A stretch of 64,000 nucleotides of DNA from Chloroflexota bacterium (GCA_965261345.1 OZ253449.1:992001-1056000), one strand, 5' to 3'. Shown: positions 30,087-41,226, counted from the first letter of the stretch. The notes: generated from the sequence alone by a model not told the origin. Translations and numbers: made by a program.

Positions 30087-31997
30087 GTGGAGCCCGCTTT
30101 AACCAAGTCCGGGGACGTGGTTGTAGACACCAGCAATAGTCCGAACGCAAAACTGCGTCCGGTTCCGATTTCGCAAATAACCGTCGGCGACGGCTTCTGG
30201 CGACACTGGCGTGAGGTCGTACGCAACGTCTCGCTGGAACGACAGATTGAACACTGCCAGGCCACCGGTCGGATCGACAACTTGCGTCGCGCCTCGGGCC
30301 GCTCCCAGATCCCGAACTATCAAGGGATTTTCTTCAACGACTCCGACGTGTATAAGTTGCTTGAAGCGGCGTGCTTCGGCCTGATTGAAGGCGTGTCCGA
30401 ATCGGTTTCAGAATGGATCGATTCAGTCATCGACGAGATCGCCGCCGCCCAGTGCGACGACGGGTACATAAATTCGTACTTTTCGCTTGAACGCGCCGAT
30501 ATGCGGTATACCGACCTGTGCAACCTGCACGAACTCTATTGCATGGGGCACTTGATCCAAGCCGGAATTGCCCACCGCCGGGCCACCGGGTCAGACCGAC
30601 TCTTTAATGTCGCGGTTCGCGCAGCCGATCACATCTGCCAGGTCTTTGGCCCCGGACGGTTGGAGCTAACCGATGGTCACGAGGAGATTGAACTGGCGCT
30701 GGCCGAACTTGCCCGCGAAACCAGCGACCAAAAATACCTGGAGCAAGCGCTTTTCTTTTTGGAAATGCGCGGCCAAACCCCTTCACGCATGAATGGTGAA
30801 CCCCGATTCCGCGACCGTGCCTACTATCAGGATCACCTGCCGGTGCGCGATCAACATGAGGCCTGGGGCCATGCGGTACGGCTTACCTATCTGGCATCGG
30901 CGATGACTGACATCGCCCTGGAGCGCGAAGATGCAGGGATGCAGGAAGCGTCGATCAAGTTATGGGAGAACGCCTACGGGCGAAAAGCCTACTTGACCGG
31001 AGCTCTGGGGGCACGCTACGACGGCGAGGCGTTCGGGGCTGAATTTGAGTTGCCCAACGAGCGCGCTTACGCCGAGACCTGCGCGGCCATCGGCGGCGTA
31101 TTTTGGAGTTTTCGTCTGCTGTGCCTCACCGGAGGGGCGCGCTATGCCGATGCGATCGAGACCCAACTGTTTAACAGCATCGTTTCCGGTCTCGCGCACG
31201 ACGGAACCAGCTATTTCTACATGAATCCACTCAGTTCGCGAGGCGAATATAAACGCGATGAGTGGTTCGCCTGCTCCTGTTGTCCCCCGAACGTGGCCCG
31301 CTTGTTGCTGAGCCTGCCGGGATATTGCTATTCCACTTCCGATGACGGGCTATGGGTCCATCAATTCCTTGCCGGGAAGGTGACGGCTGGTGGATTTTCA
31401 CTGGAAGTCGAGACCGACTACCCGTGGTCGGGCAAGGTCGCAATCACCATCCAGGATGCCCCGGCAGCGTCGGCAAGCCTCCGGGTGCGAATACCAAATT
31501 GGGCCGCGGGCGCCAGCGCCCGCCTGGGCGGGAAGGAGTTGGCGGCCGAACCCGGAGAGTACCTCAAGTTAGATCGCAGCTTCAAGGTCGGCGAACGGAT
31601 CGAACTGGAATTGCCGATGCCAGTGCGAATGGTTCACGCCAATCCCCGAATAAACGACAACATCGGCCGGGTGGCGCTAGCCCGCGGCCCCCTGGTCTAC
31701 TGCTTGGAGATGAACAACTCGGAAGCGGCCCACGCCTATGACCTGGCGATCGCCAAGGATCCGCAGCCAGCCGCCGAATACTCCAAATCGCCGGTTGGCA
31801 GTTCGGTCATCGTCCGCGCCCGCGGAGCCCAGCTGGCCCCCTTAAGCGGGTTGGATTCATCGCTTTATGGCGATTCCCCGGCCGAGCGCGAGGCGATCGC
31901 GGCACGCGAGCTGGTCGCGATCCCGTACTTTGCCTGGGGCAACCGCGGCCCCAGCTCGATGCAGGTGTGGATCCCGCAACTTCAAAACGGTTTGTAG
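30087..31997 (+). CDS. Glycoside hydrolase family 127 (beta-L-arabinofuranosidase-like)
   Basis: DSDVYKLLEA, HELYCMGH, GHAVR, EAFG, YAETCAA, CSCCPPN. Confidence 0.93.
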   Translation: MEPALTKSGDVVVDTSNSPNAKLRPVPISQITVGDGFWRHWREVVRNVSLERQIEHCQATGRIDNLRRASGRSQIPNYQGIFFNDSDVYKLLEAACFGLIEGVSESVSEWIDSVIDEIAAAQCDDGYINSYFSLERADMRYTDLCNLHELYCMGHLIQAGIAHRRATGSDRLFNVAVRAADHICQVFGPGRLELTDGHEEIELALAELARETSDQKYLEQALFFLEMRGQTPSRMNGEPRFRDRAYYQDHLPVRDQHEAWGHAVRLTYLASAMTDIALEREDAGMQEASIKLWENAYGRKAYLTGALGARYDGEAFGAEFELPNERAYAETCAAIGGVFWSFRLLCLTGGARYADAIETQLFNSIVSGLAHDGTSYFYMNPLSSRGEYKRDEWFACSCCPPNVARLLLSLPGYCYSTSDDGLWVHQFLAGKVTAGGFSLEVETDYPWSGKVAITIQDAPAASASLRVRIPNWAAGASARLGGKELAAEPGEYLKLDRSFKVGERIELELPMPVRMVHANPRINDNIGRVALARGPLVYCLEMNNSEAAHAYDLAIAKDPQPAAEYSKSPVGSSVIVRARGAQLAPLSGLDSSLYGDSPAEREAIAARELVAIPYFAWGNRGPSSMQVWIPQLQNGL

Positions 31998-32467
31998 ATC
32001 ATCAGGTAGGTAATCACCAACAGGGTGATCATCTGCCCCAATCCGATATAGCGGATCAACGGTCGGCGGATCCTGGAAAGCAATTCAGCGTCGGGCACCG
32101 GTTGCCGGGCGAGTGCCTCACCGATGGATCGAAAGTGCGGGTATACGACGAATGCGTTCAGCGCGATCAGGACGATGGCGGCGATCAGTGAAAGGTAGAG
32201 CCACGCTTCGCTAAAGACCTGCCAGCGCCCAGATTCGGCGGCAGCGTAACCAAAAACGACGGTGAGTATCCCCGACGGGATCGCGACGATTTTCAGGTTG
32301 CGTTCAATCGCACCAATAACCGGAGCCAAGTGACCGCTGTTAACCAGATTTCTAACTAACGGAGCCAGGGCCATCGAGGCCCCCAACCCGGCGAACAGGC
32401 TCAGGGCGAAAAGCAGGTGTAGGAAGCGCATCGATTCGAGCACGGCAGTGAGCCTCTCATTGAGCAC
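31982..32467 (-). CDS. DUF2269-like integral membrane protein
   Basis: FLHLL, 4 TM helices, C-terminal LMIYKPF. Confidence 0.75.
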   Translation of the reverse strand: MLNERLTAVLESMRFLHLLFALSLFAGLGASMALAPLVRNLVNSGHLAPVIGAIERNLKIVAIPSGILTVVFGYAAAESGRWQVFSEAWLYLSLIAAIVLIALNAFVVYPHFRSIGEALARQPVPDAELLSRIRRPLIRYIGLGQMITLLVITYLMIYKPF

Positions 32468-32544
32468 CGAGGCGAAATTGCGTCAAACACCCGGATAGAC
32501 TATTTTCCGTCGCTGCTCCGTGGATATGTGAGGGATAGTTGGGA

Positions 32545-33405
32545 ATGTTGACGGCAGGTGAAATAGAACGGTACCGCGAACGTGGATTCATTTCGGTCTC
32601 CAACGTACTCGCCCCGGCGACCATAAGCGAATTGCTCGCCGAGGTCGACCGGTTTATTGAAAAATCGCGTGAGATAACTGAAAACGATTCGGTCTTTGAC
32701 CTCGAACCGACCCACAGCCGCGAGGTTCCAAGGCTGCGTCGGCTCAAGACCCCGATCCAGGTATCGCCGGTATTTGACCGGGTGATGCGCTCTAACGAAC
32801 TGCTCGACCTGGTCGAACCGCTCTTGGGCAACCGGGGAATCCGTTACCGCAATGACAAACTCAATCTCAAGATCGCCGAGGTTGGAAGCCCGGTCGAATG
32901 GCATCAAGACTATGCGTTCTACCCTCATTCCAATGACGATGTGCTCGCGATCGGGGTGTGTCTTGACGACTGCACCCTGGAGAACGGGTGCCTGCAGTGC
33001 ATCCCCGGCACCCATCGCCTGCCGGTGCTCGACCACCACAGCGATGGCGCCTTTGCCGGAGCGGTGAGCCCCACGGACGCCAATCTCGATCTCTCGCAGG
33101 CCGAACCGCTGGTCCTGAGCGCAGGCAGCATTTCGATTCACCACGCCCGCACCCTGCACGGGTCCGAGCCCAACACGTCGAATATGCCGCGCCGCTTGTG
33201 GCTGATCGAACTGACCGCGGCTGACGCCTGGCCGCTGATGGGCATGCCCGATATCGAAAAATACAAGACTTGGCTACTGCGTGGGCAAGAGCCCGAACAG
33301 ATGCGCTGCTCAGATCATCCGGTACGCATTCCGCTGCCGCAGCCGGCCACTGTGGGCTCGATCTATGAAGTACAGCGGCAGGCCCGCGAAACGATTTATC
33401 GCTGA
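32545..33405 (+). CDS. Phytanoyl-CoA dioxygenase (PhyH) family Fe/2OG oxygenase
   Basis: WHQD, LDDCTLENGCL..IPGTH, HHARTLHGS, PRR. Confidence 0.92.
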   Translation: MLTAGEIERYRERGFISVSNVLAPATISELLAEVDRFIEKSREITENDSVFDLEPTHSREVPRLRRLKTPIQVSPVFDRVMRSNELLDLVEPLLGNRGIRYRNDKLNLKIAEVGSPVEWHQDYAFYPHSNDDVLAIGVCLDDCTLENGCLQCIPGTHRLPVLDHHSDGAFAGAVSPTDANLDLSQAEPLVLSAGSISIHHARTLHGSEPNTSNMPRRLWLIELTAADAWPLMGMPDIEKYKTWLLRGQEPEQMRCSDHPVRIPLPQPATVGSIYEVQRQARETIYR

Positions 33406-33438
33406 ACCGCTTGCCGCCCAGCTTGCAACCGGCCGGTG

Positions 33439-34248
33439 ATGCCTAATCCCGGACGCGAGGGGTTCATCCGCAAAACGGAGGCCGAACTGGCATCCTTGCG
33501 GAGTTCCGGAAAAATCCTATCCAGCGCCCTTGAGGCCGTCCAAGCGGCGATCGCGCCGGGGGTAACCGGCTGTGACCTGAACGCATTGGTCACTGGAGTG
33601 ATCACCGCCGCTGGGGCTACGCCGAGCTTTCTGGGCTACGCGCCCTATGAGCAGGACAACCCCTTCCCGGGGGCGATCTGCTACTCAGTCAACGAAGTGG
33701 TCGTACACGGAATTCCCGACGGTCGCGCACTCAAGATCGGCGACATAGTAACGATCGATGTCGGAGTCGATTACCAGGGAATGAAATCGGACGCGGCCTG
33801 GACCTGGGGAGTGGGAGAAATATCGAGTCAGGCCCGGGCGCTGCTGGCCACCACCCGGGCGGCCCTGGGCGATGCAATCGGCATCTGCCGGGCCGGAACG
33901 CGGGTCGAGCAAATTTCCCGCCGTATAGAAAAGCGCGTAAACCGCGCCGGATTCTCTCCGGTGGCGGCGCTCGGCGGACACGGCGTCGGCCACATGATCT
34001 GGGAACCACCACATATCCCCAACCGCGCCGTCGGGGCTCCGCGCACGCCAATCGTTGCCAACTCCACCTTTTGCATCGAGCCGATCGTCTCGGCCGGTTC
34101 CGACCAGGTCCTTACCGCCGCCGACGGGTGGAGCGTCTACACCAGCGACGGGAGCTTGGCCGCCCATTTCGAACACACGCTCGCCTGGACCAATGGGCAA
34201 CTGGAAGTGCTTACCCGGTTCAATGCCGCCCCGACCTCGGAGGATTGA
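33439..34248 (+). CDS. map: Type I methionine aminopeptidase
   Basis: SVNEVVVHGIP, IDVG, SDAA, GHGVG, IEP, AHFEHT. Confidence 0.93.
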   Translation: MPNPGREGFIRKTEAELASLRSSGKILSSALEAVQAAIAPGVTGCDLNALVTGVITAAGATPSFLGYAPYEQDNPFPGAICYSVNEVVVHGIPDGRALKIGDIVTIDVGVDYQGMKSDAAWTWGVGEISSQARALLATTRAALGDAIGICRAGTRVEQISRRIEKRVNRAGFSPVAALGGHGVGHMIWEPPHIPNRAVGAPRTPIVANSTFCIEPIVSAGSDQVLTAADGWSVYTSDGSLAAHFEHTLAWTNGQLEVLTRFNAAPTSED

Positions 34249-34251
34249 CTG

Positions 34252-35580
34252 ATGGCGGTAACCGTCGCATTCATTGGGGCGGGCAGCCTGGGCTTTACGC
34301 GACGGCTGATTGCCGACTTGTTGAGCGTGCCCGAACTGGCCGACACACGATTCGTCCTCCACGACATCGATCCGGTCGGGCTATCGATGGTTGCCGAGCT
34401 CTGCCGGCGCGAGATCGAACTCTCGGGCCTCAAAGCCCAGGTGGTTAGCGAGGGCGACCGCCGGGCAGCTCTAAAAGACGCAGATTACGTAGTCAACTGC
34501 GCCCGCATAGGCGGACTCGAGGCTTTTGCCCTCGATATCGAAATTCCGCTCCGCTACGGGGTCGACCAGTGTGTCGGAGATACGATTTGCGCCGGCGGAA
34601 TTATGTACGGGCAGCGCTCGATCCCCAAAATCCTGGATTTTTGCGCCGATATCGCAACCTGCGCCAAGCCGGGAGCGCTCCTGCTCAACTACGCCAATCC
34701 GATGGTCATGAACACTTGGGCAGCGCTCGACTATGGCAATGTCGAAGTCGTCGGGCTCTGCCACGGTGTACAGGGTGGACAACGACTGATTGCGCGCGCC
34801 CTGGGGGCCGAACGCAAGGATGATGTCGAAATCATCTGCGCCGGAATCAATCATCAGACCTGGTATCTGAGCATCATCTGGCAGGGACGGCAAATCGCCG
34901 GCGAAGAGCTGTTGGCGGCCATGCGGGTCGATCCCGAGATAGCTCTTCGCGAACCGGTGCGACTCGATGTGCTGGAGCGTTTCGGCTATTTCTCCACGGA
35001 ATCCAACGGGCATCTCTCGGAGTATTTACCCTGGTACCGCAAACGGCCGGGCGACATGCCCAAATGGATCGGCAGCGATCACTGGATTGACGGCCGGACC
35101 GGAGGCTATCTCGATCACTGCCGCAAACGCAACCAGACATTTGCCGCCGATTACCAGAAACTACTTTCGGATGCGCGACCGATCGATACCCGGGAACGTT
35201 CCGACGAACACGGCTCCTTCATCATCGAGGCGCTGGAGACCGGACGACCCTACCGCGGCCATTTCAACGTGCGCAACGCCGGGACAATCTCCAACCTACC
35301 CCACGATTGCGTCGTCGAGGTCCCAGGCTACGTTGACCGCCACGGGATAGCAATCGGCCAATTGGGCGACCTGCCGTTGGCTTGCGCGGCCACCTGTCAG
35401 GCCTCCATCGACGTGCAGCGGATGGCCAAAGAAGCAGCCGTTACCGGCGACCGCGAGCTGCTGCGGTTGGCGATGCTGCATGACCCGCTGGTAGGCAGCG
35501 TCTGCACGCCAGACCAGGTTTGGGCAATGACCGACGAGTTGCTCACGGCCCAGGCCGCCTGGCTGCCGCAATACGGCTAG
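34252..35580 (+). CDS. melA: GH4 alpha-galactosidase/alpha-glucosidase
   Basis: FIGAGS, YGVDQCVGDT, LNYANP, GLCHGV, AGINHQ, TESNGHLSEYLPW. Confidence 0.9.
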   Translation: MAVTVAFIGAGSLGFTRRLIADLLSVPELADTRFVLHDIDPVGLSMVAELCRREIELSGLKAQVVSEGDRRAALKDADYVVNCARIGGLEAFALDIEIPLRYGVDQCVGDTICAGGIMYGQRSIPKILDFCADIATCAKPGALLLNYANPMVMNTWAALDYGNVEVVGLCHGVQGGQRLIARALGAERKDDVEIICAGINHQTWYLSIIWQGRQIAGEELLAAMRVDPEIALREPVRLDVLERFGYFSTESNGHLSEYLPWYRKRPGDMPKWIGSDHWIDGRTGGYLDHCRKRNQTFAADYQKLLSDARPIDTRERSDEHGSFIIEALETGRPYRGHFNVRNAGTISNLPHDCVVEVPGYVDRHGIAIGQLGDLPLACAATCQASIDVQRMAKEAAVTGDRELLRLAMLHDPLVGSVCTPDQVWAMTDELLTAQAAWLPQYG

Positions 35581-35685
35581 CCGCCGCATCGGCGGCGGCA
35601 CCCGGGCACGGGGTTAGCGGCGGGTCAACCCGCCCAACTGGGGTTCGCCGGAGTGCGGCGGTGATATTGCCCGGTCATGACCGCC

Positions 35686-36486
35686 TCAGCACCCCAGGCG
35701 CTCGACCAGGAATTGCCGCGACGAAGCCAAGCAGTCAAAGGGGTCACGCCGACACTGATCCTGCTCGATGATGTAGAACTCGGTCCCGGCGGTTTTGGCC
35801 GCCGCCAAGATCGTCTCCCAATTGAGCAGGCCCTCGCCCACCGGAGCCCAGATCGGACCCGGCCGGCCACCCGGATCCTCGGGCGGAAAGACCTGGGCGT
35901 CCTTGCAGTGCAGGTAGCGGGCGCGCTTGCCCAAACGCTCGATGATCGCCGCCGGATCGGCACCGGTAACCGCGGCCCAATAGACGTCCAGTTCGATGAA
36001 CAAATCGCTGTTGGCGATGAGATAGTCCATGCCGTTGGTTCCGGCAAAGTAGACAAACTCGTGCGAATGATTGTGATAGCACAGATCCAGGCCGGCGGCG
36101 GACAGTTTTTCACGCACGGCCTGCGAATCCTGCAAGTAGCGCCGATAACCATCGAAGTCACGATATTCGTATTCGTCAAAGATGATTGGCGTCGAAACCA
36201 TCTGGCAACCCAGGGTCAGGAGGAAATCAATCTCAGCCTGGGTGTCGTCGCGCAGGCCCCCAAACCGTCGGTGCGCACCAATCGCAGAGAGGCCGTGGTC
36301 ATCGAGCATCGCTCGCGCAACCGCCGGGGTGGTGTCGGCATCGGGTCCCTCAACTGCTGCTACGGCCGAAAACTGGACGTGCTCAAATCCGATTCCGGCC
36401 ACTTTGTGCACGGTCGCGTGCAGGTCGGACTGGTTGGTTGTGTGGTCGGAGACCGTATATAGCTGGGCGGCGATTTTGTTCATCAT
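35686..36486 (-). CDS. Sugar phosphate isomerase/epimerase
   Basis: AQLYTV, YHNHSHEF, ELDVYW, LHCKD, IIEQD. Confidence 0.9.
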   Translation of the reverse strand: MMNKIAAQLYTVSDHTTNQSDLHATVHKVAGIGFEHVQFSAVAAVEGPDADTTPAVARAMLDDHGLSAIGAHRRFGGLRDDTQAEIDFLLTLGCQMVSTPIIFDEYEYRDFDGYRRYLQDSQAVREKLSAAGLDLCYHNHSHEFVYFAGTNGMDYLIANSDLFIELDVYWAAVTGADPAAIIERLGKRARYLHCKDAQVFPPEDPGGRPGPIWAPVGEGLLNWETILAAAKTAGTEFYIIEQDQCRRDPFDCLASSRQFLVERLGC

Positions 36487-36566
36487 TTAGTCTCAAAAGC
36501 TCAATATGCGGTAGAAGCCGACGGGTTGCGAGGTGATTGAATGAATTCGTACGGTCGGCAATCGCA

Positions 36567-36983
36567 TCAAACCCACAAGACAACGATCAGCGTAACGGCG
36601 GTCAGGGCAACTAACCAGCGCCCGCAATTGAGGATATATAGACCTACCGGCCGGCGTTCCCAAAGTGCTTCGTCCGACAGGGACGTAACGAATAGTCCGA
36701 CCCAGATTACGAGTAACAATACCAGGCCGTCGACGAAGGATCCGGCCGCGGCGTAACCGGCAATGAGCGCAACCGCAGTGGCCAGCACCAGCGAACCGAC
36801 CAGAGCGCCCAGGTAGCTAACCCACATATTCGGAGCGCTTTCAATCGCTTCACGGGTTAGCCCGGTGTAGCGCATCCACCTATCGCCAAACAAGGCCGGC
36901 ATGTACCAGAGCGCCCCGATGACCATGTTGGCCACAGCGGCGGCTACCACCGCCAGCCAATTTATCGAATTTGCAAGTTCCAT
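36567..36983 (-). CDS. DUF1761 membrane protein
   Basis: INWLAVVAAAVA..IGALWY.P.LFG..W signature. Confidence 0.85.
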   Translation of the reverse strand: MELANSINWLAVVAAAVANMVIGALWYMPALFGDRWMRYTGLTREAIESAPNMWVSYLGALVGSLVLATAVALIAGYAAAGSFVDGLVLLLVIWVGLFVTSLSDEALWERRPVGLYILNCGRWLVALTAVTLIVVLWV

Positions 36984-37077
36984 CTAGATGCTCCAGCCGC
37001 TTTCGAACTGTGTCTTTGCCGACAAGATTTTCGACCGGCCCCGGTCGGATCAAACCGCAGCCACCGCGATCGGATTG

Positions 37078-38103
37078 TCAATGGTGGTGGTGCGATTCGT
37101 GGTCGCGGTAGTGGGCGGCCAGCAGATCTCCACCCCAGTCGTTGCGGAAATCACGCCAAACCGAGTGGATGTGATTGGAATTGTTCTGGGTGTTGTCGTA
37201 CTCGATGACAAATCCGGGAGATGCGATCGAATAGTAATGCCCAAACCCTTTGCGCTCTGGTCCGGCCCAAGCAAAAGCGGTCCCGGCGAGTTCGTTTCGC
37301 TCGATCCGCCGCCATTGCGTTTGGGCAACCGGATCGCTGGATCGATCCACGTAGTGCTTAGTGAGCCTAGCCAGACGGGCGCGTTGTTCGCCATCGAGTT
37401 GATCGTAGCCGATGCCGTGCGGGGTCATTCCGGGTTTGACCGTACGGTAATTGAGGGTGAGGATGTCGGTCGGCGCCACCGGGTCGACGATCGCTATTTT
37501 TTTCTGGTCGTTGCTAAGCGATCCGAGCAGCGCTCGGGCCAAGTCTTCTTCCAAGTCAAGGATGCGATGGCCGATTTTTGGGCCATGCTTGACCTCGGCT
37601 GGATTCGCGCCCAGAAAAAGCGGAACCGGGGCGATGAAGTCACCATCGATCACATTGACGTTCACGCCGATGTGGTGGCCGCCAATTTTTATTCCCCAGG
37701 GCTGGCGACCGCCGGGTTGACCGAAAACCGAGAAATAATAGTACTCGGCGTTGCGGGCCAAAAACACGCTCGTGTCGAGATGGAGGCCGGCGATTTTTTC
37801 CCACTCTCGCAGGATCGTTTCGTGCTCGATTATTTCGCGAGCTTGCCGCGCCGCCCGAATCGAAAGACTCGCGTCCAGCAGCGCCTTGGCCAGCGCCTGC
37901 TGTTTATTGTCCATTGCGTCCAAGCGCAATCCGGAACGATGGGTGGGAGTGTAGTACCACTCGTAACGCAACCCGTCATCGAAATCATGTTGTGCTAACT
38001 CGAGCTGCTCCTCGGTAAGCGAATCAAGAAATTTCTGGGCTGCCGCGGCGATCCATGTCGCAGCCTCCGGAGTCCGATCGATCGTGCTCGTCTCTATTGC
38101 CAT
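37078..38103 (-). CDS. DUF3500 domain protein
   Basis: WYYTP, YYFSVFG.P...PWG...GGHH, PLFLGANP, IEYDNTQNNSNHIHSVWRDFRNDWG; AGGAGG RBS. Confidence 0.88.
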   Translation of the reverse strand: MAIETSTIDRTPEAATWIAAAAQKFLDSLTEEQLELAQHDFDDGLRYEWYYTPTHRSGLRLDAMDNKQQALAKALLDASLSIRAARQAREIIEHETILREWEKIAGLHLDTSVFLARNAEYYYFSVFGQPGGRQPWGIKIGGHHIGVNVNVIDGDFIAPVPLFLGANPAEVKHGPKIGHRILDLEEDLARALLGSLSNDQKKIAIVDPVAPTDILTLNYRTVKPGMTPHGIGYDQLDGEQRARLARLTKHYVDRSSDPVAQTQWRRIERNELAGTAFAWAGPERKGFGHYYSIASPGFVIEYDNTQNNSNHIHSVWRDFRNDWGGDLLAAHYRDHESHHHH

Positions 38104-38685
38104 ACCCCGCCTCCTTGCCTATGGCTCATGATATTGCGCAATGGCTCGTACGGCGGCGGCGAGGCGCTGACTGGTTTTCGATCGATTGCCGCAGCCGCCG
38201 GTGAGTGGAATTGACCGATCTCGCAACAGGACCACCCAATCGAGAACTTGGCGCTGCAAATCCGGTTGCGGCGATTTTTTCCGTCCGCCAATGCGCTCGG
38301 CCGTCAATCTAGCACCGATTCCATTTCCGGTCCCAAAAACATCCGCGCCAGCACCGCCCTCCCCGGGGTGATGGAAGCGGCGCTCGCCCGTCGATTGCGG
38401 CTATTCCGCCGCTGATGAATTCGTGCCAAGGAACAGGACATTTAGCCAAATCGATCAGGGTCGGAAAGCCGACGTTGGGAGGCGGCAGTCATGCCGGTTG
38501 CAGTCGGCGGCCGCTGCCACCCGAGGGCTTCTGCGAAGAACCGTGCACGTTCGGGGAGCAGCTACTCCGTACAACGCAACGTAACCGGAAATCATGCCGA
38601 TCCTAAAAGGTCGTCGGCGCTTGGGCGCACCCACGCCGACACCGGTCCGTGCCCAGACGCATTGCGTGGGCGCAATTTCGATCGA

Positions 38686-39405
38686 TTAGGCAGCGCCGAG
38701 TTTTCCCAGGAATACCTTGGCGAGGATCCCTGTTGCGCGAACCGATTGCGGCGTGCCGTCGTGAACGACTCGGCCCCGGTCCAAAACGTAGGCGCGATCC
38801 ACTATGTCCAACACCCCTTTTATGTTGTGCTCGACAATCATGATGCTCGTCTGCAGGCGTTCGCGAATCTCGGCCACCTTTTGAAAAACTTCCCTAACGA
38901 CGATGGGGGCCAAACCGAGGGTGGGTTCGTCCAGTAGCAGCATGTCCGGCGCCGCCATCAATCCGCGGCCCAGGGCCAGCATCTGTTGCTGTCCACCCGA
39001 CATTTGACTGGCTAAATCGCCGCGTCTCTGCCCAAGAATCGGGAATAGCCCCATTACCGATTCAAGGCGGCGCTTTTTTTCAGCGCGATCGCCTAAATAT
39101 ATGCAGCCCATTTCCAAGTTCTCGGCAATCGACAAGTGAGTAAAAATCCGCCGCCCCTGCGGTACGAAGGCTATACCATCTTTAACGATCAGATGGGTCG
39201 CTTTCGCCAGCGGTTGGCCGCGCCATCGCACCGTTCCGCCAACTACCGGCGCCATCCCGATAACGGATTTGAGAACGGTCGATTTGCCGGCTCCGTTGGG
39301 CCCCAACACGGCGACAATTTCGCCTTTTCCGGCCCCGATCGATACCTTATCCAAGGCGTTGGTCGCGTGGTAACGGACCGAAACCTGATCTAACTCTAAT
39401 AGCAT
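38686..39405 (-). CDS. livF: Branched-chain amino acid-type ABC ATPase (LivF-like)
   Basis: GPNGAGKST, VPQGRRIF, MSGGQQQML, LLDEP. Confidence 0.88.
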   Translation of the reverse strand: MLLELDQVSVRYHATNALDKVSIGAGKGEIVAVLGPNGAGKSTVLKSVIGMAPVVGGTVRWRGQPLAKATHLIVKDGIAFVPQGRRIFTHLSIAENLEMGCIYLGDRAEKKRRLESVMGLFPILGQRRGDLASQMSGGQQQMLALGRGLMAAPDMLLLDEPTLGLAPIVVREVFQKVAEIRERLQTSIMIVEHNIKGVLDIVDRAYVLDRGRVVHDGTPQSVRATGILAKVFLGKLGAA

Positions 39406-39418
39406 GCCGGCGGTGCCT

Positions 39419-40165
39419 TCAATACCCAAGGTAGGCCTCGATTACGGCCCGACTGTCCAGGACCGGGCCAACTTCGCCGGACGCGAGCAGAGCCCCGCTC
39501 TCGAGAACGATCAATTGGTCGGATAACTCGCGGACGATTTCCATGTTGTGGGATATCAGCACGATCGTGCGGCCCTCGGCGCGCATTTGCTTCAATATCG
39601 ACTTGACCTGCTCCATCATGTGTGGGAAAAGGCCAGCGAACGGTTCATCGAGCAGCACAATTTCGGCGCCCAGCGCCATGACGCGGCCGATTTCTAGGAG
39701 TTTTCGCTGCCCGTAGGAAAGCTCGAGCGCCAACTCGTCACGTTTATCCCATATACCGAGCGTTTCCAGGATGCCCTGACATCTCTCCCGGTGGCGTTTG
39801 CCGGTTCGCTCGAAAAGGGAGTGCGGGAGGCGGCGTTCCGTTAATACAACCAGGATGTTGTCCAAGACGCTGATTTGATCAAACAGGCGAACTTCTTGGA
39901 AGGTACGCGTGAGTCCGCGCTCGACGATCTCGTGAGCATTTACGACCCTGAGCCCGGACCCATCGATGATCACGATCCCGCCATCAAGCGGAAGCACCCC
40001 GCTCAACAGGTTCACCAGGGTGGATTTGCCCGATCCGTTGGGCCCAATAATGCTCGTTGTTCTGGCGCGCTGAATAGACAGGCTCAATTGGTCGATCGCC
40101 GTCAGTGCGCCAAATTTCTTGGTTATGGAATCCGTTTCGAGGGAATTTCCGCCAGATTGAGCCAT
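39419..40165 (-). CDS. livG: Branched-chain amino acid-type ABC ATPase (LivG-like)
   Basis: GPNGSGKST, RTFQ, LSYGQRKLLEI, VIEAYLG. Confidence 0.88.
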   Translation of the reverse strand: MAQSGGNSLETDSITKKFGALTAIDQLSLSIQRARTTSIIGPNGSGKSTLVNLLSGVLPLDGGIVIIDGSGLRVVNAHEIVERGLTRTFQEVRLFDQISVLDNILVVLTERRLPHSLFERTGKRHRERCQGILETLGIWDKRDELALELSYGQRKLLEIGRVMALGAEIVLLDEPFAGLFPHMMEQVKSILKQMRAEGRTIVLISHNMEIVRELSDQLIVLESGALLASGEVGPVLDSRAVIEAYLGY

Positions 40166-40167
40166 TC

Positions 40168-41226
40168 TCAAAGCCGATACCTACCCACCAGCCCCTGCGG
40201 CCGATAAAGCATCAGCAACACCAGCAGAATTCCCAGCACGACTTGCCGGCCCTGGCCGACGTATTCAGTTGGCAGGAAGGGCAGGAATCGCATCCCTTCT
40301 TCCAGCAGCACAAAGACCATGGCACCGAGCAGGCAGCCCCTAATCGACGCCAGCCCGCCCAGGATCACGATCGAGACCAGAAGTATTGATTCGATCAGCA
40401 GGAATGAATTCGGATCGATAAAGCTGGTCCAACTGGCGAATAGGCCGCCCGCCAGTCCCGCCATCATGGCCGAAATTACCCAGATGGCCAGTTTGTAATG
40501 CGTCGCGCGGTACCCAAAAACCGCTATCGCCCGTTCGTCCTCGCGGATTGCCGTAAGTACCCGGCCGAACGACGAAGTCACGATCAGTTGGGCGGCCAGG
40601 ACAACCAATCCGAGGAAAACAAGAATCAGAATCAGGATTTGCAGTTCGCCCTCGATTACCCAATTGCCAATTGCCGGCTTGGCGATTTCGTGGATGCCGA
40701 AGGCCCCACGGGTGAGGCCGCGGGCATTTAGAAACACGTTGAACGCGATGATGGCAAAACCGAACGAAACCAGCACGTAGATGTCATCGCGGAAACGATT
40801 AAATGCCGCCCCGACCACCACAGCAACGATTCCTGCCGCAATCACGCTGATTGGAAGGGCGGCAAAGAACGGCCAGCCGTAGGTGGCGATGGATTCGGTT
40901 CGCAGTTGTTCGTAAGCTGGCTGCGCGGTAAGGATTGCCACCGCATAGGCGCCAATTCCAAAAAAGCCGATGTGGCCCACCGACAAGAGTCCAGTAAACC
41001 CGACCACCAGGTTCAAACTGACGGCCAGGATCGCCCAGATGCCAAAGACGGTTCCCACCGAAATCGCAAATCCGGCGCCCTGCCAGACCATGAAGGTCAG
41101 CGCCCAAACTACCACCAGCAATGTGGCCCAAAGATCTATATTTCCCGATTGCGATCGAATGAAGGCGCGCGGATCGGTGGTCAATTTGGTCCAACTCCGG
41201 ATTGTCCACGACCGCTTCGGCACCAT
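40168..41226 (-). CDS. livM: ABC permease (LivM-like)
   Basis: SLNLVVGFTGLLSVGH, AIREDE, LYRPQGL. Confidence 0.88.
   Translation of the reverse strand: MVPKRSWTIRSWTKLTTDPRAFIRSQSGNIDLWATLLVVVWALTFMVWQGAGFAISVGTVFGIWAILAVSLNLVVGFTGLLSVGHIGFFGIGAYAVAILTAQPAYEQLRTESIATYGWPFFAALPISVIAAGIVAVVVGAAFNRFRDDIYVLVSFGFAIIAFNVFLNARGLTRGAFGIHEIAKPAIGNWVIEGELQILILILVFLGLVVLAAQLIVTSSFGRVLTAIREDERAIAVFGYRATHYKLAIWVISAMMAGLAGGLFASWTSFIDPNSFLLIESILLVSIVILGGLASIRGCLLGAMVFVLLEEGMRFLPFLPTEYVGQGRQVVLGILLVLLMLYRPQGLVGRYRL

Noticed and set aside
36988-37998. Long antisense ORFs (e.g. 336 aa here, 381 aa at 23873-25018)
   Set aside because: They mirror well-supported genes on the opposite strand, as is typical for high-GC DNA.
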